Virus record (IMG/VR): IMGVR_UViG_3300029451_000002
Location: 1-64,000 of that record
DNA length: 64,000 nucleotides
Reading direction: 5' to 3' (one strand)
DNA from: a virus
In this document: piece after piece, positions 1 to 8,521 of the stretch
Numbering within the stretch: position 1 is the stretch's first letter
Layout of the letters: each line of letters starts with the position of its first letter
The notes under the pieces: generated by a model
The model's input: only the letters and a program-made list of their open reading frames with translations
Told to the model about the DNA's origin: nothing
Databases searched by the model: none
Translations under genes and position numbers: made by a program

Positions 1-454
1 AGCAAAGGGCATGGAGGATGCCAAGCAGAAAGCAGCGGAATGGCAGGTTGGACAAATGCTCTTGAATTGCGATGATTTCGAGGAGATTGTTATGTTTTTT
101 GGCTCAAAGAAAGAAACTTAAAAAGGAAATGTCAAATGGATAAGAATTTTAGAAGTTGTTTTTGTTGCGTCCATTTCTTGGAAATACAAAATACAAGTAC
201 AGGAAATGTCTTGAAATGCAAGAAAGGTAGCACTACGAAAGTACAAGGGAAGAGACTGACAGAAATTGCTGCAAGGTGCAAAAACTACAAAGCGTAAGGC
301 ACACGTTAAAGAACATAGTAAGACGAAATTAAGGATAAAGGTGATAGTAGAAAGAGTGTTTGAGAAAGAGAAAAATGTAAAAAGTTTAAAATAAATGGTA
401 GAAACTATATTAAACAATTAAAATACATTAATAAAATAAAGAAACACATTAAAA

Positions 455-490
455 TGCTTGCATGTTTTGAATATTCTTTGTATCTTTGCA
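455..490 (+). promoter_or_regulatory. Bacteroidetes-type promoter (-33 TTTG / -7 TATCTTTG) heading the 552.. operon
   Basis: TTTG in ttgcatgttttg at 456-470; TATCTTTG at 481-488 matches the TAnnTTTG -7 consensus. Confidence 0.6.
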
Positions 491-525
491 TTGCAATTAA
501 GAAATAAAGGTTATTAATTTGAAAA

Positions 526-538
526 GGTGAGACACACC
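526..538 (+). promoter_or_regulatory. Conserved leader motif GGTGAGACACACC (copy 1)
   Basis: The same 13-mer sits about 30 nt after the -7 box at 5 operon starts; small hairpin ggtg-agaca-cacc. Confidence 0.5.
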
Positions 539-551
539 ATAAAAACTGGGA

Positions 552-863
552 ATGATGACAAAAAAGGAAATAATAAAACAATGGTTGGATGAGCCGAAAG
601 TGAGATATTGTAATAATTCTAGTTTCACTTTGGGTTATGGTGATGGCTGGGATTGGGTTAAAGATGTTCTACGACCAGCTATCACGAAGAACGCTATGTT
701 TCTCAGATTCTTGGAGTATGGTTTCCGTGAGATAGAAGAGTTTTTGAAATCAAAAACCGGAAAACCGAGCGAAGAGGATTGTTCCTTGTATTCTGTTGGA
801 TATAAGGATGGTGTCAATGATGCCATGATTGCAATTAAGAATAGATTTGAAAATTTAAAATAG
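552..863 (+). CDS. hypothetical protein
   Basis: ATG ORF immediately after the promoter/leader cassette. Confidence 0.55.
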   Translation: MMTKKEIIKQWLDEPKVRYCNNSSFTLGYGDGWDWVKDVLRPAITKNAMFLRFLEYGFREIEEFLKSKTGKPSEEDCSLYSVGYKDGVNDAMIAIKNRFENLK

Positions 864-871
864 GAGGTTAA

Positions 872-1162
872 ATGGATTTAGGAAAGGCGATTAAGACAAT
901 GAGGGTAAGCAAGGGCTTGACCCAACGACAACTTGGTAAGGCTATCGGTTGTAGTGAGACAAATATGTTGTTTATGGAGACCGGAAGAACGTTTCCACGT
1001 AAGAGTAAGATTGATGCAATATGCAAGGTATTGGAGATTCCGATGTCTTATTTGTTGATGTTCTCTATTACACCGGATGACATTCCCGAAGATAAGCAGA
1101 GTTTGTACACAAGCATCGTTGAGCCGATGCGTAACGAATTTATTAGGGAGTTGTTGCGATGA
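872..1162 (+). CDS. HTH XRE-family transcriptional regulator
   Basis: LTQRQLGKAIGCSETNM helix-turn-helix signature. Confidence 0.6.
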   Translation: MDLGKAIKTMRVSKGLTQRQLGKAIGCSETNMLFMETGRTFPRKSKIDAICKVLEIPMSYLLMFSITPDDIPEDKQSLYTSIVEPMRNEFIRELLR

Positions 1163-1392
1163 AGAAATGCTATTATTTTGTGGCTAAGTATGTCAAGAAT
1201 GGCATAACATGTACATGTACAGGTACACAAGAGACGATTGAAGGCTATTTTGATTTTGTCAGTGCTGGAAATTTTATAGCACATGAACATAATGTTGATT
1301 TCGAAGGCGTAATTGTAACCTTTTGGTCTGAGATTAATTCAGTAATGTTAGATAAATATAGGAAAACATTAGGAGAGCAGAAAAATGGTTGA
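1159..1392 (+). CDS. hypothetical protein
   Basis: Start overlaps the upstream stop; same strand within an operon. Confidence 0.45.
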   Translation: MKKCYYFVAKYVKNGITCTCTGTQETIEGYFDFVSAGNFIAHEHNVDFEGVIVTFWSEINSVMLDKYRKTLGEQKNG

Positions 1393-1573
1393 ATTCGAGT
1401 ATGAAGGCAGTATCATTTTGAAAAATTACGATTTCCATTTTATGCCTTGTGTAGGGGATAAAGTCGTAATTAACAATCTTACATACAAGATTAAGTCTCG
1501 TGTGTTCAAGTGCCAAGGAAAGACAGTTAAAGTTGTTTTAAAAAAGGTTGATAATGAGAATACGAATAGTTAA
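1385..1573 (+). CDS. hypothetical protein
   Basis: Overlapping start/stop coupling within the operon. Confidence 0.4.
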   Translation: MVEFEYEGSIILKNYDFHFMPCVGDKVVINNLTYKIKSRVFKCQGKTVKVVLKKVDNENTNS

Positions 1574-1895
1574 ATATGTTTGTGCCGATGGAGTAGAAAG
1601 AGGTATCTTGGAGTATCGCAACCATTGGTGGGAGAAGTGGGAACCATTGCATCAGGAAGGCAAGCTGGCTTATGTCTCATATATGGGAACGAAACCATAT
1701 AAGTCATTGCAGGAAGAGTGCTTTGATGTACTTGGGTTGAATGAAGAACAGATAAAGGTTCGTGAACAGATGTCCCGTTATATCTTGGATGCCGAAGAGG
1801 TATACATTGGTGCAAGAATTGGTAACGAATATCGTATCGGCTATGATGTTGATAATGATGAGAGTTTGGAAACGCTTAGGAATTTGGAGGAATAG
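1548..1895 (+). CDS. hypothetical protein
   Basis: Co-oriented operon ORF; alternative (TTG) start in the ORF track. Confidence 0.4.
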   Translation: MIMRIRIVKYVCADGVERGILEYRNHWWEKWEPLHQEGKLAYVSYMGTKPYKSLQEECFDVLGLNEEQIKVREQMSRYILDAEEVYIGARIGNEYRIGYDVDNDESLETLRNLEE

Positions 1896-1897
1896 TT

Positions 1898-2194
1898 ATG
1901 TTCGGAAAGATTTTTTCGGTTAAGACCGATATTGTATATCGTAGAGAAGAGAGTTTGAATCTCTTCGATGGCAAGAAGAAACTTGATAAGGTGGTGTCCG
2001 GTCGGGTATTCAAGGAGCAAATCAAGTTCTTTGGTTTTACCATCAGAACAAAGTTTTTTTATCAGATTTGCTGTCCACAAGTCAATATGAATGATACTCA
2101 TGAGGCTTGCACATTGAATCGGGTCGAGGATTTGGTGAGAACGGAGTGCTATAATAAGGTAGTAGAATATTCAAACAGAAAGCATCATGCCTAG
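1898..2194 (+). CDS. hypothetical protein
   Basis: Operon ORF. Confidence 0.4.
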   Translation: MFGKIFSVKTDIVYRREESLNLFDGKKKLDKVVSGRVFKEQIKFFGFTIRTKFFYQICCPQVNMNDTHEACTLNRVEDLVRTECYNKVVEYSNRKHHA

Positions 2195-3011
2195 TGTTAA
2201 TTGTTTCAGAAGAGTCTTGTTGAACGTAGGTGGCAAGAAGATAATTATCAGTGTTCCGAATGGAATGACCGAAACCGAAGTGAATAAGGTTATGGTCGTT
2301 ACTAGGGCTTATCTTCAGCAGTATGTATATGTCGAAAGGGTCTTAGCAGAGTGCTTTATGCAGAAAATCGAAAAAAGTATTCTGAAGAAGAAATGCGTTA
2401 GGTTTGAAGTTAAGAAGAAGTGGGTGGACTGCAAGAAGAACCTTCGAAAGGTGGTTAAGTATTATGACGCTTATGTTCCTAATGCAGATTTTAATGAAGA
2501 ATTCGCAATGACGTTCTATGACAAGATTAGTGGAGACTTGTATAAGTTGCGAGATAAGCTTGCTTTAAGATTACAGAACTTAGGGATTGGTGAAAAATCG
2601 GGAGTTTATGCGAATGCAATCATTCTGTACAATCTGACCAACCTTTGTTTGGGAACTTATGAGAATATCATCCGTAAGCTGTATGAAGATTTGCATGTAA
2701 ACTTAATGCAAGCGTTCAAGGATTTTGCTCCTATCTTGGCCTTTGAAAACTCTTATGACTTCATGGCATTAGTGATGGATAAGGATTTCAAGAGATTGGC
2801 TGACCATTTGATGACAAAAGAAATTCTTTCTTATTTCGATAAGGTAAGAAAAGGTGTCTTTGACGAACAGACTTTGAATGAGGCGGCTATCAACGCAACG
2901 GAAGACCTGAAGGACGATGAGAAAGATTTACAGCGAACTTACATAGGAATTAGTGACTTTATGAAGAGTGACTATCCTCTGGATAGTGTGACATCTAAGA
3001 AAGCAAGCTGA
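2187..3011 (+). CDS. hypothetical protein (274 aa)
   Basis: Long ORF coupled to its neighbours. Confidence 0.55.
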   Translation: MPSVNCFRRVLLNVGGKKIIISVPNGMTETEVNKVMVVTRAYLQQYVYVERVLAECFMQKIEKSILKKKCVRFEVKKKWVDCKKNLRKVVKYYDAYVPNADFNEEFAMTFYDKISGDLYKLRDKLALRLQNLGIGEKSGVYANAIILYNLTNLCLGTYENIIRKLYEDLHVNLMQAFKDFAPILAFENSYDFMALVMDKDFKRLADHLMTKEILSYFDKVRKGVFDEQTLNEAAINATEDLKDDEKDLQRTYIGISDFMKSDYPLDSVTSKKAS

Positions 3012-3268
3012 TGAAAATAGAACCAAGTGAGTTCTTGCCGATAGGTAATGAGTTTCAGAAAATCTTTGGAATAAGCTTTGGAAAATTCATAGATATGCGG
3101 TTTCTTTTAGCGAGAAAAGAGTTAGTCTTCAATCTGCTGAAGTTCACAGATTGGCTTGAAGAGTGCTATCCGGATGAGTGTTCCATTGATGGAGTGAGTT
3201 ACAATGCGGTTGTCGAGCGAAAATTTGGCAAGCGAGGGGTTAAAATGATAAAGAAACTATTGCAATGA
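3011..3268 (+). CDS. hypothetical protein
   Basis: ATG overlaps the upstream stop. Confidence 0.45.
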   Translation: MKIEPSEFLPIGNEFQKIFGISFGKFIDMRFLLARKELVFNLLKFTDWLEECYPDECSIDGVSYNAVVERKFGKRGVKMIKKLLQ

Positions 3269-3987
3269 AGTATATGGGTAGCAAGGCTAGAATCGTGCAT
3301 GAAATATTGCCGATTATGCTTGATAAAGAACATGATACGTTTGTAGATGCTTTCTGTGGTGGCTGTAGCGTTATTGAGAACGTTCCGGACACGTATCGAA
3401 GGATTGCCAACGATAAGAATAGGTATCTTATCGAAATGTGGAAGTTTCAGAATGATGGGTTTGTCTTCAACCATATTAGTAAGACGTTGTATAACTTTGC
3501 AAGAGACTGCTATCACGGAAAGAATAAATTCTTCACAGAAGCAGGTGTCGGACTAATTGGCTTTATGGCGAGCTTTAATGGACGTTTCTTTGATGGTGGC
3601 TATAGCGGACATAATGTTGTCGGCAAGAACGGAAAGGCAAGAGATTACATAAGGGAGCAGATAGAAAATACAATGTGTGATGTGCCTCTTCTCAAAGGTG
3701 TCGAGTTTTATAGCGGCAGTTATGATGAACTTGTGATACCGGATAGGAGTATAGTGTATTGCGATTTGCCTTACAAAGCTACGAAAAAGTATGATGTATC
3801 AAAGAATTTCGATTACGAAAGATTCTATATATGGTGCATGGAAATGGCTAGAAGAGGTCATAAGGTATTTATCAGCGAGTATCAGATGCCCCAAGAGTTC
3901 AGATGTGTTTGGGAAAAGGAAGTAACAAACTCTCTTAACCCGAATATAACAAAGAGACCAGTCGAAAGGTTGTTTACAATTGATTAG
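3265..3987 (+). CDS. dam: DNA N6-adenine methyltransferase, D12/Dam class
   Basis: N-terminal MGSKARIV (the Y-GSK SAM motif) and the DLPY catalytic motif in VYCDLPYKAT. Confidence 0.8.
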   Translation: MKYMGSKARIVHEILPIMLDKEHDTFVDAFCGGCSVIENVPDTYRRIANDKNRYLIEMWKFQNDGFVFNHISKTLYNFARDCYHGKNKFFTEAGVGLIGFMASFNGRFFDGGYSGHNVVGKNGKARDYIREQIENTMCDVPLLKGVEFYSGSYDELVIPDRSIVYCDLPYKATKKYDVSKNFDYERFYIWCMEMARRGHKVFISEYQMPQEFRCVWEKEVTNSLNPNITKRPVERLFTID

Positions 3988-3996
3988 AAAGAAGAA

Positions 3997-4155
3997 ATGA
4001 AAGAAACTTATTGCTTGGAAGATACGCTTTACAATACAAAGCGTTACTTCACGTTTGAAAATGGCGTAGTATCAGGAACAGAAGTTGCACAGGAATACTT
4101 TAATATTTTTCTTGATCTTGCAAGTCGGCTTGGCTATAAGGTAGTGAAATTATGA
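3997..4155 (+). CDS. small hypothetical protein (52 aa)
   Basis: ATG ORF not in the supplied track (<60 aa); read by eye. Confidence 0.25.
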   Translation: MKETYCLEDTLYNTKRYFTFENGVVSGTEVAQEYFNIFLDLASRLGYKVVKL

Positions 4156-4313
4156 AAAGGCGGGTAAACAAGGATTGTCCGTTCTCGGCAGAAGAATTGG
4201 ATGAGTTCAGAGCAGCCTTATATAATGTGAATACATCTTTTCACTGCTGTAATGCAGCTCCGGTAGACTGGGCGGCAGGATGGCAGCGGAATGATATAAG
4301 AAAGACGAGGTAG
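4152..4313 (+). CDS. small hypothetical protein (53 aa, Cys-containing)
   Basis: ATG overlaps the upstream stop; read by eye. Confidence 0.25.
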   Translation: MKRRVNKDCPFSAEELDEFRAALYNVNTSFHCCNAAPVDWAAGWQRNDIRKTR

Positions 4314-4324
4314 GAAAGCCATAA

Positions 4325-4755
4325 TCTACCAAATACCCACGTGCCAAAGCCGTGTGATGCCTTGCGTGGGGGCATGATGATAAACTAGGAGTCGCACGGC
4401 TTTATTTGAATGTTTCATAACTACAAATAGCCTATCGCTAATGGTTGTTCCCTTGGGCAGGGAGATAGTTAATACCGCATCGTAAGATGTGAACACTTAA
4501 AATTTGCCGACAACCATTGGCAAATGCCTATTAGTCAGCGGCAGAAACCCTTGGGCAAGGTTGGGAATGGTGCACAATCTTCAAATTCGCATCTGTCGCT
4601 GACAAACGGATGAGTGGCATTGGCAACTGAAAGCAATGCGACCCTCGCAAACTTGGAGCGGATTTTCTGATTAAACATTCCGTGTACCAGGTCACTGGGG
4701 AGGTGTTGACACCAACAAGGGTTTAAATCCCTTGTCATCCACTAATTTTAAAAGG
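4325..4755 (+). ncRNA. Candidate structured non-coding RNA (GC-rich island, long-range complementarity)
   Basis: About 430 nt with no ORF on the sense strand; markedly higher GC than the flanks; hairpin cccacg...cgtggg; 9-bp pairing aaagccgtg/cacggcttt; aatggttgt/acaaccatt; repeated cccttgggca; terminal hairpin caaggg-tttaaat-cccttg. Confidence 0.35.
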
Positions 4756-4762
4756 TAAAATC

Positions 4763-4990
4763 ATGAATGAGTATTGTAAGAATTTGATTTCAAATGGTGT
4801 TCCTAGCTGGATAGTAGAGGAGGCTTATAAATTTACAATTGAGCCTTTGAAATCAACAGAAGGCTTGGTAGGAATTGATAAGGAAAATAGTGAGCTATAT
4901 AGAAATGTCATTATCGCAGCCTACATTGAGGGTGCTAGTGCTACATTGTTAAAAGTGCAAAGATATTATGGCGGTGAGGAACATAGTTAG
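4763..4990 (+). CDS. hypothetical protein
   Basis: ATG ORF. Confidence 0.45.
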   Translation: MNEYCKNLISNGVPSWIVEEAYKFTIEPLKSTEGLVGIDKENSELYRNVIIAAYIEGASATLLKVQRYYGGEEHS

Positions 4991-5207
4991 ACAATGGAAC
5001 GAGGCAACAGAAGGATATTCGTACCGCTTCAAAGGTGGAGATATTTTCATCCGGTTGGTTAAGGTTGAAGGTAGTTATGAGTTACGTAATCCTATAGGCT
5101 ATAATGTTAGGGTTATCAAGTGCAAAGACTTGGATGAAGCGGATGCAAAAGCCAAGGAAGTGCTAGAAGCGTTTTTTGAAGACAAAGTTAACATAAAAGT
5201 TATTTGA
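4968..5207 (+). CDS. hypothetical protein
   Basis: Overlaps its neighbours. Confidence 0.4.
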   Translation: MAVRNIVRQWNEATEGYSYRFKGGDIFIRLVKVEGSYELRNPIGYNVRVIKCKDLDEADAKAKEVLEAFFEDKVNIKVI

Positions 5208-5479
5208 TTATGGACTTAGAATTGTTGATTGATAAGATAGACTTTAGTCAAGGTGCAAGGCAGGTAGCCAAGCAAGCCTTGGAGTTGGGAATGAAATATC
5301 AAAAAGAAGGTGCTTGGCATTCTGTTGAAGAGCTGCCTGAGTATAACAGACGCATTGTCGGTCTGACCAAGGTTCGCAAGCGTTTCAAGCATCTGAATTT
5401 CTTAGGCGAGGAATGGTGGAATAGGTTCACGAAATCAAACGCCATCTATAAATGGGCTTATGTGGACGATTTAGTTTGA
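5204..5479 (+). CDS. hypothetical protein
   Basis: ATG overlaps the upstream stop. Confidence 0.45.
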   Translation: MIMDLELLIDKIDFSQGARQVAKQALELGMKYQKEGAWHSVEELPEYNRRIVGLTKVRKRFKHLNFLGEEWWNRFTKSNAIYKWAYVDDLV

Positions 5480-5524
5480 TAGTAATCGTAGAAATCCATA
5501 ATGCTATTTTGTTTTAAATGTTTG

Positions 5525-5566
5525 CCCCATCACTATATATAATAATGTAGTGGTGGGGATTTTTGT
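5525..5566 (+). terminator. Rho-independent terminator (hairpin ccccatcacta/tagtggtgggg plus T-run)
   Basis: An 11-bp stem followed by ATTTTTGTGTT; identical copy at 48357-48397. Confidence 0.65.
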
Positions 5567-5639
5567 GTTAACGTCAGTAAATTATTGGTGTTATGTGTTA
5601 TGATATATTAAAGAATAAAAGAAACACATTAAAAAGTTT

Positions 5640-5718
5640 GCATATTTCAGATATTCTTTGTATCTTTGCAATGTAATTAAGAAACAAGGTTACTAATTTT
5701 AAAAAGGTGAGACACACC
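5640..5718 (+). promoter_or_regulatory. Promoter (TATCTTTG at 5661-5668) plus conserved leader motif (5706-5718)
   Basis: Near-identical to the cassettes at 455-538, 26270-26347 and 48470-48549. Confidence 0.6.
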
Positions 5719-5738
5719 ATAAAAACTGTAAGAAGAAA

Positions 5739-5999
5739 GTGGAAAAGAATAATGTTTATGTAGAGGTGTTGGCAAAGATTGCCAGCCTCATGGGTAGAAC
5801 AAAGGAGTCTATCCAGATGTCGTCTTCAAATACTCATACGAGTATTACGATGTTTGCTGAAAATAATAGCAAGATTATTGGAAATTGGTATTTTGATGCT
5901 TCCGATAGCAAGGAGTTGGTGGATGCTACTTTCAATGGTCTGAAGGCTTTGGTTGAGTCTCTTGAGCACAATAAGAGCAATGACGGACAAGCAGCGTAA
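5739..5999 (+). CDS. hypothetical protein
   Basis: First ORF after the cassette (GTG start in the track). Confidence 0.4.
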   Translation: MEKNNVYVEVLAKIASLMGRTKESIQMSSSNTHTSITMFAENNSKIIGNWYFDASDSKELVDATFNGLKALVESLEHNKSNDGQAA

Positions 6000-6228
6000 G
6001 TACATAGAAACTCTTATCAAGAAAGTGTTTCGTAATGCAGATTCGCAGAGCGAAATACTTTCCAGATTGGATAGGGTTAAGATTTCAAGCCATCAAGCTT
6101 CAGTAATGATACATGCATTGAAGTTAGAGTGCAACATCGGTCGCTCCGTTCCGGCATATATGTTAATGGCAAACAATCTAAATCCAAAAATGGATGAGTT
6201 CTTTAGTATATTAGGGTACGATGAATGA
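5953..6228 (+). CDS. hypothetical protein
   Basis: Operon ORF. Confidence 0.4.
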   Translation: MSLLSTIRAMTDKQRKYIETLIKKVFRNADSQSEILSRLDRVKISSHQASVMIHALKLECNIGRSVPAYMLMANNLNPKMDEFFSILGYDE

Positions 6229-6257
6229 CGTATTCTTCAAGAAGAAAAGAAGTTGAT

Positions 6258-6533
6258 ATGAAAAAGGTAATAATGATAATAGCCGTTGCCGCCATTTTGG
6301 TAGGTTGCAAAGGTAAGGGTACAAGAGTCCAAATCTCGGATTCTGTTGACAAATTCAATGTCGAGAAATTGTTTGTTGTTGATAGTATAACAGTGTACAG
6401 GTTTTATGACCAAGGAAATGCTATCTATTTCACTAACCGGAAAGGTAGGGTAGATGCAACCCATTCTGAGTACAATCCGGTTACTCATACATACAATGAC
6501 GAGGTTAACGAAACTTTATGTGAAGGAGACTAA
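6258..6533 (+). CDS. putative lipoprotein
   Basis: MKKVIMIIAVAAILVGCKG: signal peptide with lipobox LVGC; start taken at the internal Met of the track ORF 6225..6533. Confidence 0.5.
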   Translation: MKKVIMIIAVAAILVGCKGKGTRVQISDSVDKFNVEKLFVVDSITVYRFYDQGNAIYFTNRKGRVDATHSEYNPVTHTYNDEVNETLCEGD

Positions 6534-6536
6534 AAA

Positions 6537-6794
6537 ATGGAAAAGAGATTAACTAAGGAAGAGTTCCTTAAGGACTTATGGCATACTGCTAGCGAAAAGC
6601 CAAACATTAAGCAAGGAGAATGTTGCGTTACATGTTTGGTTAAGTTCAAAAACGGAAGTACGGAATTATGTGTATATTTCCGTAATCCAGAAGGATGGGT
6701 ATGTGATGATATGACTCCTAAAGATTTTAAAAGATATTTTAAGGGATGGCTCTATATTGATGATTTACTTCCAAAGGAAGTAGGTAATCAATGA
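6537..6794 (+). CDS. hypothetical protein
   Basis: ATG ORF. Confidence 0.45.
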   Translation: MEKRLTKEEFLKDLWHTASEKPNIKQGECCVTCLVKFKNGSTELCVYFRNPEGWVCDDMTPKDFKRYFKGWLYIDDLLPKEVGNQ

Positions 6795-6948
6795 AATCAT
6801 TTGTATTTGATGTTATGCTCAACGGAAGATTTGTCTGCACATTGAAGTATAAATATTGTGCGCTCTTCCCGATAGATTTTGAAGATTTAACAAAGTTCAT
6901 CCTCAAAAAGAGACCCACTTTGAGAGGAAAGGACTATAGAATAGTGTT

Positions 6949-7134
6949 TTGATTATGAAAGAGTTTGAAGTTGGAGAAAGAGTAACTCTTGAAGTTACTG
7001 AGACTGATAAAGAATCTTGCAAAGGGTGCTTCTTTGATAGTAAGAAGTTTTGTGAAGTATGGCAGCTATACCCTTGTAGCATCAAAGGACGCTCAGACCA
7101 TAAAAATGTAATTTTTAAAGAAGTTAAGGAGTAA
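6949..7134 (+). CDS. hypothetical protein (Cys-containing)
   Basis: ORF. Confidence 0.35.
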   Translation: MIMKEFEVGERVTLEVTETDKESCKGCFFDSKKFCEVWQLYPCSIKGRSDHKNVIFKEVKE

Positions 7135-7140
7135 AGAGAT

Positions 7141-7683
7141 ATGTTATACGAAACAAAACAGGGAAGTAACGCTTATGAATACATTAAAGGTATTCTCGAT
7201 GCTGAAGAGAAAGAGTATCAAGCCTACATGAAAAGAGTGGAAGAAGCCGTAGGCTTCGAGTTTGAAAAATATCAGGGCTATCAGCCTAACAGAACTCTCA
7301 CAAGAGTGTACGAGATTACCGCTATATGGGTTCTTTCTGAGCGTTACGATACGCTAGATAAGAAGGTGTGGAAGAAGATAGACGGTGTAAAATTGGAAGA
7401 CGGTTACTATGTAGCTATTGCGCCTAACAAGCGTTGTAAGCAAGGCAAGGCAATAGCCTCCGTTCTTCTCTCCTATAAATCAGTTGCTAACCATTTCAAG
7501 GTAATGAAGGAACTGAATATAGAAGTCCCTCAAGTTAGCCGTTTCTCTATTACTCAGCTCCTCCGTCACAAAGACCGCATTTTCGTTTACTTTGATGACA
7601 GCATCCGAGCCGAGAAGCACAACTCTGATTTCAAGGAAATCACGATAGGTGAGTATGAGGATTTCATTAATAGCAAAGATTAA
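7141..7683 (+). CDS. hypothetical protein (180 aa)
   Basis: ATG ORF. Confidence 0.5.
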   Translation: MLYETKQGSNAYEYIKGILDAEEKEYQAYMKRVEEAVGFEFEKYQGYQPNRTLTRVYEITAIWVLSERYDTLDKKVWKKIDGVKLEDGYYVAIAPNKRCKQGKAIASVLLSYKSVANHFKVMKELNIEVPQVSRFSITQLLRHKDRIFVYFDDSIRAEKHNSDFKEITIGEYEDFINSKD

Positions 7684-7688
7684 AGCGA

Positions 7689-8057
7689 ATGGAACAGAAA
7701 TATATAGTTGGTGATGTTGTTATGTATCACAACAAAATCATGGTTGTTAAAGAGCCTAGAGACGAAAGTCACTTTGACTTGTCTTGCCCTAAAGAAGGGT
7801 TAGTATATTGTCTTGTTGATGTTAATGAGATAAAGCCAGTAAGTCTTACTATTGCCATATTGGAAAAGAATGGATGGAGTAAGGGACAAATATACTTTAG
7901 GCATAGTCGTATTCCAAGAATTAAACTTTGCACAGACGGCGGTATTAGTTGGTCTGTTTCAATAAATAATGATATTATGGGAGGGTATATCAATTACGTT
8001 CACGAGTTACAGCATATCCTATTTGCTTTTAAAATCAACTTAGAAATGGAGGTGTAG
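7689..8057 (+). CDS. hypothetical protein, ILEKNGW-family paralog (intact copy)
   Basis: Shares N-terminus Y-I-x-G-D-V-V, the motif ILEKNGW and the C-terminus HELQH..LEMEV with fragments at 50397-50756(-) and 51291-51390(+). Confidence 0.5.
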   Translation: MEQKYIVGDVVMYHNKIMVVKEPRDESHFDLSCPKEGLVYCLVDVNEIKPVSLTIAILEKNGWSKGQIYFRHSRIPRIKLCTDGGISWSVSINNDIMGGYINYVHELQHILFAFKINLEMEV

Positions 8058-8061
8058 GTGT

Positions 8062-8337
8062 ATGAAGCTAGTTATCGAACCAATGAATACGCTACCTTGC
8101 CGTACAGAGGTATTCACTATCAATGGAAAAAGTGCTGAACAAAATGATTTTGGTGATACATATGACCATCATCATGAAGATGCAGAGCCTTATGCTTGTG
8201 CCGATATGCACTTTGACCCAAAGCCTCCAACAAAGGAAGTACTAAACCGCTATAATATAACGGAAGAAGAATATTATAACATCTGCAACGAATTGGAATG
8301 CAAACTATGCGTAGGTAGTTGCGGATGGTGTATTTAA
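8062..8337 (+). CDS. small Cys-rich protein
   Basis: Several CxxC-like pairs. Confidence 0.4.
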   Translation: MKLVIEPMNTLPCRTEVFTINGKSAEQNDFGDTYDHHHEDAEPYACADMHFDPKPPTKEVLNRYNITEEEYYNICNELECKLCVGSCGWCI

Positions 8338-8521
8338 TAGATTTTAGAATAAATAATATAAGCAATGACAAAGGAAGAAATATTGGAAAAGGCATCCGAT
8401 TTTGAGGATGAAGATGAGTTCGTGAAGTGTGATAGATTGCCGTTCACTGAGGAATGGTGGCTTTTACATCAGCTAGTGTATATTGGCTTGTCTTGTACCT
8501 ATACAGGTCGTGGTTATATAA

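Noticed and set aside
4535-4738. 67-aa minus-strand ORF within the GC-rich island
   Set aside because: No start context. The region is better explained as a structured non-coding element.
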